Assembly (NCBI GenBank): GCA_038040445.1
Contig: JBBPIG010000002.1
Location: 257,847-321,846, forward strand
Direction: 5' to 3'
Length of the DNA stretch: 64,000 nt
Source of the DNA: Candidatus Onstottus frigus
GTDB lineage: Bacteria > Acidobacteriota > Blastocatellia > UBA7656
In this document: positions 1 through 10,431 of the stretch, one piece after another
How the letters are laid out: the number at the start of each line of letters is the position of its first letter
How positions within the stretch are numbered: position 1 is the stretch's first letter
The notes under the pieces: generated by a model
Seen by the model: only the letters and a program-made list of their open reading frames with translations
Told to the model about the DNA's origin: nothing
Databases searched by the model: none
Translations under genes and position numbers: made by a program

Positions 1-156
1 GGCAACAACAAGGTCCGTTCACGAGACATCATTCTCGCTCCCGGCAAGGACAAAGACGTGAAGGGCTCAGTCGTCGCAATTCCCGACACTGGCGGAGGCG
101 GTAAGCTCAAGTCGGGCGAGATCGCTCCGTTCGAGATTCGGCTCAAGCACAAGTGA
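1..156 (+). CDS. 3' end of an upstream gene (partial; product unknown)
   Basis: Frame open from window edge (…GGGKLKSGEIAPFEIRLKHK*), TGA at 154-156 overlaps GTG start of next gene (GTGA coupling). Confidence 0.3.
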   Translation, partial: GNNKVRSRDIILAPGKDKDVKGSVVAIPDTGGGGKLKSGEIAPFEIRLKHK

Positions 157-1322
157 TCAGAATTTTTCTTCCCAGTAGAATCAGGCTGGCGGCAGCTCTC
201 CTCGCTGTGGCGGCCGTCTCCGCTTGCATGTTCATTGTCCCGGCGGCCAGGGGACAATCTGCAAACAAGGAAGCCGTCCTATCGCCCGAGGCTCGCGCCC
301 TCGTCCGCCAGGCCATCGCTTCGACGGCGCTCGTCTCGGTTCGCAACTCGAGCGATTCTTCCAATTTGGGTCCGCGCGTACGAGGATCAGCGGTAGTCGT
401 GCGCGCCGACGGAGTATTGGTCACCAATTACCATGTCATCTTAAACACCCGGACCAGCCGCTCATACGACGAGATCTTCGTTAGTCTTTCCGGCGACGGC
501 GACGCGCTTTCATCCTCCGCTCGATATCGAGTCAAGCCTCTGCTGATAAACAAGGAATACGATCTGGCTTTGTTGCGCGTGGAATCGGACGCCGCCGGTA
601 ATCCAGTTCCAAAGTCGTTCACCTTTCCCAGCATCGAGATGGCGGACTCGCGCAAAATCAGCCTTTTGGAAGACCTGTTCATCATCGGCTTTCCCGAGAG
701 AGGCGGTTCGACCGTCACAATCAATCGAGGTGTCGTCGAGGGCAAAGATCTATTGGCGAACTGGATCAAGACCAATGCCCGCGTGATCCACGGCAACAGC
801 GGAGGAGCGGCGGTTAACAGCGAAGGCAAGCTGGTCGGCATCCCGACAAAGGTACTCGCCGATGAACAGGCGGTCGACAGAGACGGCGATGGCTTTCCCG
901 ACGACTATCGCCGCTTTGGCGCGGTAGGTTTTCTGCGACCCTCTCACCTTGTTGCCGCGATGGTTGCCCAACTAGACGACAAAAACGCAGTGAGCCAGCC
1001 GGCTCCCGTGGCGCCGAAAATGATCGAGTCATCGAAGCTCATCAGCGTTCGTGGACTCGTCAGGTCGGCTGCGGGCGGCAAGCCAATCGCCGGCGCGCTG
1101 GTTGGGCTTCTCCCGCTTGGAGAGATCAGCGTAACTGAAACGAGTCTGCTGACCTGGGCCAGCACCAACTCCGAAGGCGAGTTTAGACTCAACAGACCAG
1201 TTCCGCCGGGTCGATATACGCTCAAGGCTAAGGCGCTCGCCAGGCAGGCTTACACGCTCGATATCGAAATTGTTCCCAACTCGTCTCTGCTGATCATCGA
1301 GATGCGTGCATCCGATCAGTAA
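153..1322 (+). CDS. Trypsin-like (S1/HtrA-type) serine peptidase with C-terminal carboxypeptidase-regulatory-like beta-sandwich domain
   Basis: Signal-peptide-like N-terminus; catalytic triad context VTNYHV / DLALLRV / GNSGGAAVNSEGKLVGIP; C-terminal ISVRGLV…GRYTLKA CarboxypepD_reg-like segment. Confidence 0.8.
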   Translation: MIRIFLPSRIRLAAALLAVAAVSACMFIVPAARGQSANKEAVLSPEARALVRQAIASTALVSVRNSSDSSNLGPRVRGSAVVVRADGVLVTNYHVILNTRTSRSYDEIFVSLSGDGDALSSSARYRVKPLLINKEYDLALLRVESDAAGNPVPKSFTFPSIEMADSRKISLLEDLFIIGFPERGGSTVTINRGVVEGKDLLANWIKTNARVIHGNSGGAAVNSEGKLVGIPTKVLADEQAVDRDGDGFPDDYRRFGAVGFLRPSHLVAAMVAQLDDKNAVSQPAPVAPKMIESSKLISVRGLVRSAAGGKPIAGALVGLLPLGEISVTETSLLTWASTNSEGEFRLNRPVPPGRYTLKAKALARQAYTLDIEIVPNSSLLIIEMRASDQ

Positions 1323-1729
1323 ATGCCTTCCCTTATTGCAGCCGGCGTGACCGCAAAATCGAAGGCGCTCGAATCCTGACAAGGCGGGCAAGGGCGACGG
1401 CTGCGGAGTTCGAGTTCTCCGGAGCGGTGACCTGAGCGAGGGTGATGCCGGTGTTGGAACGATCGCACAAAGAAATCACGAATCAAGCACTACAAGCTTG
1501 ATTGCAACTTTGTTTATGGTTAGAATGAACTCGCTCGTGGACGGGCAAAGCATCTGGAGCGTCCGCGGAGCGGCAGCAGCACTCAGCCGGTTGTTCTGAT
1601 CGGCGCTCTTTCTGAATCGTCAAGAAACCTGCGGTGGCGACAGCGGATGCCGCCTGACGTTTGGTGTTCGAGCCGGGCTTAATAGGTCAGCCTCCTTCGA
1701 GGCTAGCCGTGAAACCGGGGGCAATCGTC

Positions 1730-2794
1730 ATGAAAAAGAATCTCGCGTGCGCCTTCTTGACCGCGCTCGTCGTTCTAGCGCTGTCCCAAATCCTTGCTCT
1801 ATCGGCCGGACAGGATAATAAAGGCTCGCCCCCGGCCCCAAAAGTCGAACCCGCAAAGGCCAAGCCTTCCGAGACACCCGCCCCGGTCAAGACAAGCGCC
1901 GACGACAACGCGCTCGCCGCAAAACCCGACAATAACAAGGTACAGAAACAAGCTGACGGGAAGATCATCCTGGACACCGAAGTCGTCAACGTGATCATAA
2001 GCGTCACCGATCCTTATGGCAGATTCGTCACCGGACTGGGCAAAGACCACTTTGAAGTCTTCGACGACAAGGTGAAGCAGCAGATAGCGCATTTCACCGA
2101 TGACGACTCCCCGGTTTCCCTTGGGATCGTCTACGATGTATCCGGCTCCATGAAGGAGCGCGTCAGCCGATCCATTCGCGCGCTGCGCCGCTTCATCGAG
2201 ACTTCACACAATGACGACGATTTCTTCCTCATAGGTTTCAATGATCGCGCCAAGCTCGTTCAAGACTTCACCACATCGGGAGACAGCATTCTCGGCAAGC
2301 TGATGTTCGTCAATCCACGCGGCTCGACTGCGCTTTACGATGCGGCCTACCTTGCAGTCGAGAAGGTCCAGCAGGGCCGACACTCAAAGAAGGCGCTCCT
2401 GATAGTCTCCGACGGTCAGGACAACAACAGCCGCTACACATACAAGGAACTTCGCAACAGGGTCAAAGAAGCGGACGTGCAAATCTACGCGATTGGTATA
2501 ACGGATCCGGTCAATGATTCGCTCGCGGGGTTCGGCCGTGGGATTCTTGAAGAAATGACACGGATGACCGGCGGCCGCGCATTCTTCCCCAACGCTTACA
2601 ATGAGCCCGAACTTGTCGAGATATGCACCCGCATCGCATTGGAGCTTCGCCATCAGTATTCCGTCGGCTTCTATCCGACTGACATTGCCAGCGAAGTCAA
2701 ATGGCATAAGGTTCAGGTAAAGGTGAATCCGCCGCGGGGCCTTGGCCGGCTGTCGCTCACCTACCGAGACGGATATCCATCGTTCAAGAAGTAA
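1730..2794 (+). CDS. VWA (von Willebrand factor type A) domain protein, secreted; paralog 1
   Basis: Signal peptide MKKNLACAFLTALVVLAL; MIDAS motif DVSGSM; conserved C-terminal FFP…YSVGFYP…YRDGY shared with paralogs at 2925 and 5743. ORF track starts at 1661 but the hydrophobic N-terminus begins at the internal ATG 1730. Confidence 0.8.
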   Translation: MKKNLACAFLTALVVLALSQILALSAGQDNKGSPPAPKVEPAKAKPSETPAPVKTSADDNALAAKPDNNKVQKQADGKIILDTEVVNVIISVTDPYGRFVTGLGKDHFEVFDDKVKQQIAHFTDDDSPVSLGIVYDVSGSMKERVSRSIRALRRFIETSHNDDDFFLIGFNDRAKLVQDFTTSGDSILGKLMFVNPRGSTALYDAAYLAVEKVQQGRHSKKALLIVSDGQDNNSRYTYKELRNRVKEADVQIYAIGITDPVNDSLAGFGRGILEEMTRMTGGRAFFPNAYNEPELVEICTRIALELRHQYSVGFYPTDIASEVKWHKVQVKVNPPRGLGRLSLTYRDGYPSFKK

Positions 2795-2924
2795 CAACTG
2801 CTTTAGACCGCAATCGCAAACTGCCCTCCCGTTCATGCTTTCGGCAACGGTTGAGGCGCATCCATGCATCCCACGCCTCGGAGTCCTGTTTTCAAATATT
2901 GATACCCCGGAGTAGAATCCTGTT

Positions 2925-3986
2925 ATGAAGTTCGAATCGGGTAGATTGGCTTTCGTCGCCGGCGTGGTTATCACTCTCAGTTTCCTTGTCGCAGGCTTTC
3001 CTTCACCGTCACTAGCCGGCGCCGGTCAGCAGCGACCCGACAAGCCCAAACTCCAGAAACCGCAGCAGCCGAAAGACGACGAGTCGCAACAGAAGCCGCA
3101 ACAGAAGGATGACGCACCCATACGCATTGGCACCGACCTGGTATTGCTCGACGTGACGGTTGTCGATCCGTCGAACAAGCCGGTCATGGACCTGAAGCGC
3201 GAGGACTTCGCGGTGAGTGAAGACAAGCTCGCCCAAAAGATTGAGTTCTTCAGCCGCGACCAGGTGCCGGTATCGCTGGTTTTCACGATCGACACGTCCG
3301 GCTCGATGCGTCCTAAACTGGACACCGTCGTTAAGGCTTCGACCAACCTGGTGAAAGAGAGTCGCTCCGGCGACGAGATCGCTGTCATAGAGTTCAAGGA
3401 CCAGCCGGAGCTTTTAGAAGAGTTCAGCGGCGACATCAATGATGTGATCGATACGCTCAACGGACTAGTCGCTTCGCGTCAGACCGCGATGCTCGATGCT
3501 CTGTACCTTGGTGCCGACTACGCAAACAAGGAAGGCAAGAACCGCCGGAAGGCTGTACTGGTGGTGACCGACGGGCTCGACAATGATAGCTACTACAAGT
3601 TCGGTGAAGTGGTAAGTCATCTTCGGGAGATCGATGTTCAGATTTACCTGATTGGATTCATCAGCGATCTAGATCGGGACTCGGGTCTGTTTAAGAAGAG
3701 CGCGAAAGAAAAGGCTGAGACGCTTCTAAACAAGCTTGCAGAAGAAACGGGCGGCAAGGCCTTCTTTCCCAGAGAACTATCAGAGGTTCACGCAATTGCA
3801 CAGCAGATCTCGACCGATCTGCGTACGCAGTATTCAATCGGCTACTATCCGACCAATTCCAAAAAAGACGGTTCGTTCCGCGCTGTGAAAGTACAAGTGA
3901 ACGGCGGCACACGGCGATTGGTCGCGCGCACTCGCAACGGATACACCGCGCCCCGCGAGGGCGAAGCGCACAACAACAGCAAGTAG
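2925..3986 (+). CDS. VWA domain protein, secreted; paralog 2
   Basis: Signal peptide; MIDAS DTSGSM; same C-terminal AFFP…YSIGYYP…NGYTAP block as neighbours. Confidence 0.8.
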   Translation: MKFESGRLAFVAGVVITLSFLVAGFPSPSLAGAGQQRPDKPKLQKPQQPKDDESQQKPQQKDDAPIRIGTDLVLLDVTVVDPSNKPVMDLKREDFAVSEDKLAQKIEFFSRDQVPVSLVFTIDTSGSMRPKLDTVVKASTNLVKESRSGDEIAVIEFKDQPELLEEFSGDINDVIDTLNGLVASRQTAMLDALYLGADYANKEGKNRRKAVLVVTDGLDNDSYYKFGEVVSHLREIDVQIYLIGFISDLDRDSGLFKKSAKEKAETLLNKLAEETGGKAFFPRELSEVHAIAQQISTDLRTQYSIGYYPTNSKKDGSFRAVKVQVNGGTRRLVARTRNGYTAPREGEAHNNSK

Positions 3987-4380
3987 GCCTGACAGACCCG
4001 TTTCAGGATCCCTGACATCGTCACCGGCAATCTGACCGCGCTCATCAAGCGGGCTCCCATTACCAAGCTAGAATTGTGTCCGTTACCTGATGGAGCGTCC
4101 GCTTACCGCTCATGCTGGTATGACTTTTCGTTGCCGAGATTGCGACGGACGCAGTGTTGCTTTTCTTTGTTCGCTAGAGTCAAGGTGTTGTCTCCCGCCT
4201 GTTAACTACTAAGCTTCAGCAATTCAACCTATCGAGTGTTCGCACAACAATGCCCTAACAGAAAAGAAGACCTTCATTGAGAAGGGGCAGGAACTAATTC
4301 ATATTTGATGGTCTTGCGTTTGATTGATAATATTGCGCGCTGCTTTCTTTGAATTCATTTCCGGAGCGATGAGGTAATCT

Positions 4381-5349
4381 GTGATTAAGACGCTTGTGCT
4401 CAATCGTGAAACCAAAACTTTCACCAAAATTGATGATCCTGATGAAATCAATCAGCTCTGCGCAATACCATCCAATATTATTTGGGTAGATGTGGCTGAT
4501 CCGACAAGCGCCGATTTTGAAGAATTAGCTAAAGAATTTGGCTTTCATCCCCTGTCGATCGAGGACTGCCGCAACGAACATCAGCGCCCTAAAGTTGAAG
4601 AGTTCGAGGGCTACTACTTTATCGTTCTTTATGAAGCTGAATTGGTCCTGGAAAGACATCTGGAACTTCGCGAGTTGAATATTTTTCTAGGCAAGAACTA
4701 TTTAGTCACTGTTCATAGCCAGCCTATACGCACGTTGGAAACTGGTGAACGGCTCTGGCGGGGGTGGACGGATTTAGCTGAAAGAGGCACGGGTTTATTG
4801 GCCTATCTGCTCATAGACGCAATTGTGGATGATTATATGCCTCTGCTTGATGCGATTTCTGATCGAATGGATGAATTGGAGGATAAGATCTTCGTGGATT
4901 TTCAGGCAGAAGCATTGGAAGAGATTTTCCGCATAAAGAAAGATTTGCTCTTCCTGCGCCGGTCGGTCACGCCTTTGCGAGATGTGTTCAATACGCTGCT
5001 GCGTCGCGAACAGCAAATCTTTTCACGCGAGACTTACATCTACTTTCAGGATGTCTTCGATCATTTGATTCGCGTCGCTGACACCATTGATACTCTACGC
5101 GATTTGCTGGGAGCGACAATGGATGCCTACTTGTCGGTTTCAGGAAACCGAATGAATATGGTCATGAAAAGATTGACCTCGATTTCAGCTATTCTTATGT
5201 CGATCACGCTCATTGCCGGAATCTATGGGATGAACTTCGACTTTATGCCCGAACTGAAATGGAGATACGGCTATGTCGGCGCACTAGGCTCAATTCTAGC
5301 GGTTGGTGTTTCCCTTTATCTCTATTTCAGAAGGATCAAATGGCTATGA
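4381..5349 (+). CDS. corA: CorA-family Mg2+/Co2+ transporter
   Basis: C-terminal two TM helices with the diagnostic [11 protein letters not shown] (GMN) motif; GTG start; gene is ~42% GC versus ~60% flanks. Confidence 0.9.
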   Translation: MIKTLVLNRETKTFTKIDDPDEINQLCAIPSNIIWVDVADPTSADFEELAKEFGFHPLSIEDCRNEHQRPKVEEFEGYYFIVLYEAELVLERHLELRELNIFLGKNYLVTVHSQPIRTLETGERLWRGWTDLAERGTGLLAYLLIDAIVDDYMPLLDAISDRMDELEDKIFVDFQAEALEEIFRIKKDLLFLRRSVTPLRDVFNTLLRREQQIFSRETYIYFQDVFDHLIRVADTIDTLRDLLGATMDAYLSVSGNRMNMVMKRLTSISAILMSITLIAGIYGMNFDFMPELKWRYGYVGALGSILAVGVSLYLYFRRIKWL

Positions 5350-5666
5350 AAGAAAACCAGCTCAACAAACAGAAGCACAAGAGACATAGAGGGTGGAACC
5401 GATTGCGCAGGACTAAAAACGGCGCCGAGACGACCAGGCAATACACGGAGCAAGACATTCACAGCTTGGCGCATAACCAGAGTAGGGTCACCGGGATTAT
5501 GCGCCCCAATACGGGCGACCTTCATATGCCCTCGGATTTAGCAGAGACTGGAGACGGGCAACAGACCAATAGCCCGCCCCGTGTTATGCTGGTAATTATC
5601 ACCCTGGCGTTGATTTTCATAGCTATCATTACCTACCTGGTCAGCCAGATGCCCAAAAAAGATTAA
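5340..5666 (+). CDS. Small hypothetical protein with C-terminal TM helix
   Basis: ATG (MAMKEN…) overlapping corA stop; basic N-terminus, C-terminal hydrophobic helix [20 protein letters not shown]; same low GC as corA. Track ORF begins at 5259 inside corA. Confidence 0.35.
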   Translation: MAMKENQLNKQKHKRHRGWNRLRRTKNGAETTRQYTEQDIHSLAHNQSRVTGIMRPNTGDLHMPSDLAETGDGQQTNSPPRVMLVIITLALIFIAIITYLVSQMPKKD

Positions 5667-5742
5667 TACTCGCGCCCGCGCTCGTCGACTTTCTTAGCGA
5701 TGGCCGCTTATATTATGAAGATGTGATGCGTCTGGGATTAAA

Positions 5743-6720
5743 GTGAAAGCAGCTTCAACGTTCAAAGGCAGTCCCTGTAAAGCCGGTCTCGCTGGCGCAT
5801 TGGCTACGGTGCTGGTCGTTGCGCCTGCTCTTGCCCAGCAGGATGAGAGGCCCATCAAGCTCGCAACCGATCTGGTTATGGTCAATGCCACGGTTACTGA
5901 CAAAGATGGTACTTTCATTCGCGATCTGAAAACTGACGATTTCGTGATCTACGAAGACGGCGAGGCGCGGAAGATTGACTTCTTTGAAGCGACTGAGGAA
6001 GCGGCGTTGACCTGTCCGCTCGCCGTAGTTGTGGCGATTGACACTTCGGGCAGCATCAGGCAGGAGGAGATTAGCCGCCAGCGCGAAGCTACCGAGAACT
6101 TTGTGAAGCTCGTGCGGCCGGAATCTCTCTTCGCAATCATCGCTTTCAGCAGCGAAACCCGCGTGCTTCAGGACTTCACAAGTGATGCAAGGAAGATCAG
6201 TCAGGCATTTCAGCGACTAGGCGAGGTGGGAGGATCATCAAGAATCTTCGGCTCGATTGACCGCGCGATTTCGATGCTCAAGCGGGCGCCGCGCTTCCGC
6301 AATGGCCGAAGACTTCGCCGTGTCGTTATCGTGCTGACCGATGGCTACGACAACGTCAGTCCACCGGACCAGTCTGAAATGATCCGCCGCGCGAATGATG
6401 CCGAGGTGACCGTTTACTCTATAACACTGCCTTCATACATTGCTGGAGTAGGCGCCAATCAGCGAGCCATGACATTGCTCGACGTGTCGCAGGTCGTGCC
6501 TCGAACTGGGGGCAAGGACTTTTCGGCTGACAAAGACTTAACGCCGATGTTCAAGGCGATTGCTGAAGAGATTCGTTCGACCTACACGATCGCGTACTAC
6601 CCGCCGGAGAAGTTCCGCCGAGACGGGCGGCTTCACCAAGTTCGCATTGAGTGCAAGAGAAGCGGAGCGATAGTTCGCGCCAGCCGCAACACCTATGAGG
6701 CGCCCAGACAAGCATCCTAA
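5743..6720 (+). CDS. VWA domain protein, secreted; paralog 3
   Basis: Signal peptide LAGALATVLVVAPALAQQ; MIDAS DTSGSI; C-terminal TYTIAYYP…NTYEAP block. Confidence 0.8.
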   Translation: MKAASTFKGSPCKAGLAGALATVLVVAPALAQQDERPIKLATDLVMVNATVTDKDGTFIRDLKTDDFVIYEDGEARKIDFFEATEEAALTCPLAVVVAIDTSGSIRQEEISRQREATENFVKLVRPESLFAIIAFSSETRVLQDFTSDARKISQAFQRLGEVGGSSRIFGSIDRAISMLKRAPRFRNGRRLRRVVIVLTDGYDNVSPPDQSEMIRRANDAEVTVYSITLPSYIAGVGANQRAMTLLDVSQVVPRTGGKDFSADKDLTPMFKAIAEEIRSTYTIAYYPPEKFRRDGRLHQVRIECKRSGAIVRASRNTYEAPRQAS

Positions 6721-6786
6721 ACTAGCGCCAAAGGCACGAGGATCAAGAACTAGAAAACAATCCCTGGCTGGAATAGTATTCATAAT

Positions 6787-7005
6787 ATGAAACGACCGCG
6801 TGAACTTCGTATTTGCGCATTCTCGCTTTTGAGCGCAAGTGCACTACTTCTAATAGGCATCGGGGTCGTCTCAGCTCGACCGGCTCAACAACCCACCCTA
6901 TCGCAGGATTCGCGACCACGGAAGGTAACTCAAGAACAAACCGATAAGCCAATCAAGCTGAGCGCGAGTCTGGTCACCGTTATTGCAGCGGTTGGCCGAT
7001 TCTGA
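6787..7005 (+). pseudogene. Truncated N-terminal fragment of a fourth VWA paralog
   Basis: 72-aa ORF: signal peptide plus DKPIKLSASLVTV matching ERPIKLATDLVMV of paralog 3, then terminates before the VWA domain. Confidence 0.45.
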
Positions 7006-7123
7006 AACAGAACCTGTGCTCCCGCAATTGCGGATGGACTGCTGCGGATGGACTACTCGGCTAGCCAGGCGTGCGGCCGACCGTCAAACCATGGGACGGC
7101 CTTTTAACGGAGCCTTAACGCTA

Positions 7124-7140
7124 ATGTCACAACTTTGTAA
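7124..7140 (+). promoter_or_regulatory. Candidate Pho-box-like direct repeat upstream of pstS
   Basis: TGTCACAACTTTGTAAC: two TGTMAC-like half sites at ~10-11 bp spacing, ~65 bp upstream of pstS; GGAGG RBS at 7187-7191. Confidence 0.25.
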
Positions 7141-7203
7141 CGCGGCGTCTTTATACTCGGCTCTTAGGATTTCCACACTTCTTCGTGGAGGACACGAGTC
7201 TAA

Positions 7204-8292
7204 ATGATCAATCAAAACAGAGCGGCGCGAACCATCGCCGCGTTCCTTGTAGCCGTGCTGTCCGCACTAGTTCTCAGCGCTTGCACGAGCTCACCGACGG
7301 GTTCGAACGCCGAGGTACGGTTAACCGGCGCGGGGGCGACTTTCCCAAATCCGATCTACCAGAAATGGTTCAGCGAGTACAACAAGGCCCACCCAAACCT
7401 GAAATTCGACTATCAATCAATCGGGTCGGGCGGCGGCATCAGACAAATCTCGGAGCGAACTGTTGACTTCGGCGGATCGGATGCGCCCATGAAAGATGAG
7501 GATCTCAAGACAGCCAAAGGCGAGATCCTTCATATCCCAACTGTACTGGGCGCGGATGTGATTACGTACAACTTGCAGGGCGTCTCGACAGACCTCAAGC
7601 TCAGCCCCGAAGCGATTGCGGGAATTTTTCTCGGCCACATCACAAAATGGAACGATCCACAAATCGCATCGTCGAATCCGGGGGCAAATTTGCCCGCGTC
7701 TGACATTGCAACCGTGCATCGGTCGGATGGCAGTGGCACCACTTTCGTGTTTACCGACTATCTTTCAAAAGTGAGCCCCGAGTGGAAAGAGAAAGTGGGC
7801 GCGGGAACGTCGGTCAACTGGCCGGGCAAAGGCCTGGGCGCTAAAGGCAATGAAGGCGTAACCGGTCAAGTAAAGCAGACGCCGAACTCAATAGGGTACG
7901 TCGAGCTGATCTACGCAGAGCAGAACAAGCTCCCATATGCTTCGGTAAGAAATGCCGCCGGAGGGTTCGTGCGCCCCGAGCTTGAATCAATCACGGCGGC
8001 CGCCGCGGGAGCAGCGGGCCAGATGCCGGATGATCTCAGAGTGTCGATTACAAACTCGCTCAGTGCCAGCGCATACCCGATCTCGTCCTTTACTTACCTG
8101 CTCGTATACAAAGAGCAGCAAGATCAAGCGAAGGGAAAGGCGCTCGTCGATTTCTTATGGTGGGCGATTCACGATGGCGAGCAAATGGCGAAAGACTTGC
8201 TCTACGCTCCGCTTCCGCAAGAGGTGGTCAAGAAGGCCGAGCAAAAAATCGACTCGATCACCTATCAAGGTAAGCCGCTTCGCACGAGCTAG
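7204..8292 (+). CDS. pstS: Phosphate ABC transporter substrate-binding protein PstS (lipoprotein-type)
   Basis: Lipoprotein signal (LSAC); GAGATFPNPIYQKWFSEY…SIGSGGG…HRSDGSGTT PstS signature. Confidence 0.9.
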   Translation: MINQNRAARTIAAFLVAVLSALVLSACTSSPTGSNAEVRLTGAGATFPNPIYQKWFSEYNKAHPNLKFDYQSIGSGGGIRQISERTVDFGGSDAPMKDEDLKTAKGEILHIPTVLGADVITYNLQGVSTDLKLSPEAIAGIFLGHITKWNDPQIASSNPGANLPASDIATVHRSDGSGTTFVFTDYLSKVSPEWKEKVGAGTSVNWPGKGLGAKGNEGVTGQVKQTPNSIGYVELIYAEQNKLPYASVRNAAGGFVRPELESITAAAAGAAGQMPDDLRVSITNSLSASAYPISSFTYLLVYKEQQDQAKGKALVDFLWWAIHDGEQMAKDLLYAPLPQEVVKKAEQKIDSITYQGKPLRTS

Positions 8293-8319
8293 CTGCAAGT
8301 CCAGTTCCGGAATGTCTTC

Positions 8320-9336
8320 ATGAATCCTGTGACACCAGATAGCGCGGCGTCGACTGCTGCTCCTCTCCGTTCATTTCCCAGGTGGGTCGCATCGTTACTC
8401 GCGTCGTCACTTGGAAAGGGGCGCCTCGCGGATCGGGTGTTCAAGCTGACGACTCTTGTTTTCGCGGTAGCGATAGCCGGGCTGGTGGTATTGATAATTG
8501 TTCAGATGGCCAGAGACTCGATGCTTACGTTCGAGAAGTTTGGCCTGAGTTTCATCTGGCGCGAAGTGTGGGACCCGGTGCGCGACGAGTTCGGCGCACT
8601 GCCATTTATCTACGGCACCGCAGTGTCTTCGATAATCGGCTTGTTGATTGCCGTGCCTGTGAGCATAGGCATTGCAGTTTTCCTCGTGGAACACGCGCCA
8701 CGAGTCCTTTCAACGCCCGTCTCGTTTCTGGTGCAGTTGCTTGCGGCCATTCCGTCGGTAGTGTACGGCTTATGGGGCATCTTCGTGCTGGCGCCCTTGC
8801 TGCGCGACTCGGTGTATCCGCGAATTCAATCCGCATTGGGCTTTCTTCCCCTGTTTCAGGGGAATCCGAACGGGCTTGGGTTGATGACCGCCGGGATAAT
8901 CCTTTCGATCATGATCGTGCCTATCGTCACCGCCGTCACGACTGACGTCATGCGAGCAGTTCCCCGAGCGCAGCCTGAAGCATCACTCGCGCTCGGCGCC
9001 ACGAAGTGGGAGGCAACGCGGGTGGTGCTACAAAACGCGAGATCGGGCATAACCGGCGCTGTGATACTCGGCCTGGGCCGGGCTGTGGGCGAGACGATGG
9101 CGGTAACAATGGTCATCGGGAACCGGCCACACATCTCGGCGTCGCTCTTCGATCCTTCCTTCACTATCGCATCAGCCATTGCAAACGAGTTCACCGAAGC
9201 CACGACCGAGATTTATCGCCACGCGCTGGTCGAGCTTGGGTTGATCCTGTTCATAATCACCTTCGTGATTAACGCGCTAGCCAGGCTGCTTGTGTGGGGA
9301 GTGACGCGCGGACAAGGGAAGGTTGCGCATGCGTAG
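8320..9336 (+). CDS. pstC: Phosphate ABC transporter permease PstC
   Basis: Multi-TM permease, EAA-like region, position in pstSCAB order. Confidence 0.9.
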   Translation: MNPVTPDSAASTAAPLRSFPRWVASLLASSLGKGRLADRVFKLTTLVFAVAIAGLVVLIIVQMARDSMLTFEKFGLSFIWREVWDPVRDEFGALPFIYGTAVSSIIGLLIAVPVSIGIAVFLVEHAPRVLSTPVSFLVQLLAAIPSVVYGLWGIFVLAPLLRDSVYPRIQSALGFLPLFQGNPNGLGLMTAGIILSIMIVPIVTAVTTDVMRAVPRAQPEASLALGATKWEATRVVLQNARSGITGAVILGLGRAVGETMAVTMVIGNRPHISASLFDPSFTIASAIANEFTEATTEIYRHALVELGLILFIITFVINALARLLVWGVTRGQGKVAHA

Positions 9337-10165
9337 TCAACGGCGTCGCAAACTGCTGAGCAGTGTGATGACCTTTATGACCGGCCTATTTGCCGCGCTG
9401 GTCATCATCGCCCTGATAGTCATCCTCGGTTACATCGCGGTTACCGGCGTGAGCGAATTGAACATCAGTTTCCTGATCAACAGCCCGAAGCCTGTCGGCG
9501 AACCGGGCAGCGGAATCGCCAACGCGATCGTCGGCACACTTATCCTGATCGGGATAGCGTCCGCAATTGGGCTACCGGTTGGAATACTGGCCGGGCTTTA
9601 TCTGGCCGAATTCGCTTCGAGTCGGTTCGGCAACGCGCTGCGCTTCTTGATCGACACACTGACGGGCGTTCCGTCAATCGTCGTCGGCGTGTTTGTATGG
9701 ACGGTGATGGTCCGTCCGATGGGTCACTTCTCGGCGATGGCTGGCGGTGTATCGCTTGCTATGATAATGATGCCGATAGTCGCGCGCACCACGGAAGAAA
9801 TGATTCGGCTCGTGCCTCAGAGCATGCGCGAGGCAGCGCTTGCGCTCGGCGCGCCGGTGTGGCGAATGAGCCTGGGAGTAGTGCTGCGGGCAGCAGCAGG
9901 CGGCGTTGCAACAGGCGCGATGCTTGCGATCGCTCGCATTGCGGGCGAGACCGCGCCGCTGCTATTCACTGCGCTCAGCTACAATTACATGAGCACGGAC
10001 ATAAATCAGCCGATCGCGTCGCTTACGTATCAAATTTTTTACTATGCAGGGTCACCTTACGAGCAGTGGCACGCGATGGCCTGGGCCGCAACGCTCGTGC
10101 TGGTTGCGATGATACTGGCTATCAACGTCGCGGTGAAGTTCCTTGCGAGGAACCGTTATCAATGA
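9323..10165 (+). CDS. pstA: Phosphate ABC transporter permease PstA
   Basis: Multi-TM permease overlapping pstC end; EAALALGA motif. Confidence 0.9.
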   Translation: MRMRSQRRRKLLSSVMTFMTGLFAALVIIALIVILGYIAVTGVSELNISFLINSPKPVGEPGSGIANAIVGTLILIGIASAIGLPVGILAGLYLAEFASSRFGNALRFLIDTLTGVPSIVVGVFVWTVMVRPMGHFSAMAGGVSLAMIMMPIVARTTEEMIRLVPQSMREAALALGAPVWRMSLGVVLRAAAGGVATGAMLAIARIAGETAPLLFTALSYNYMSTDINQPIASLTYQIFYYAGSPYEQWHAMAWAATLVLVAMILAINVAVKFLARNRYQ

Positions 10166-10431
10166 GCGCGCTACCAAACAAAAAGCGCGTGCTTCTTCTT
10201 TGCACAGGCAATTCGTGCCGCAGCCAGATGGCCGAAGGCTGGTTGCGCGAGCTAGCCGGCGATGAGTTCGAGGTGTCAAGCGCTGGAACCAATCCGACGA
10301 GCGTGAATCCGATGGCGGTCCGAGTGATGGCCGAGCTCACAATAGACAGAGCGTCAGATCAACATTTATGCAAAGGCGAAATCTCGCAGGAACAATCGTA
10401 CGCGCCCCTTATATGGAAAAGGAAACCGTAG
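10163..10431 (+). pseudogene. Truncated low-molecular-weight phosphatase / ArsC (LMW-PTP family arsenate reductase)-like gene remnant
   Basis: [62 protein letters not shown]: intact CX5R P-loop and first ~60 aa of the fold, then diverges and stops at ~89 aa (full length ~140); ATGA overlap with pstA stop. Confidence 0.5.
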
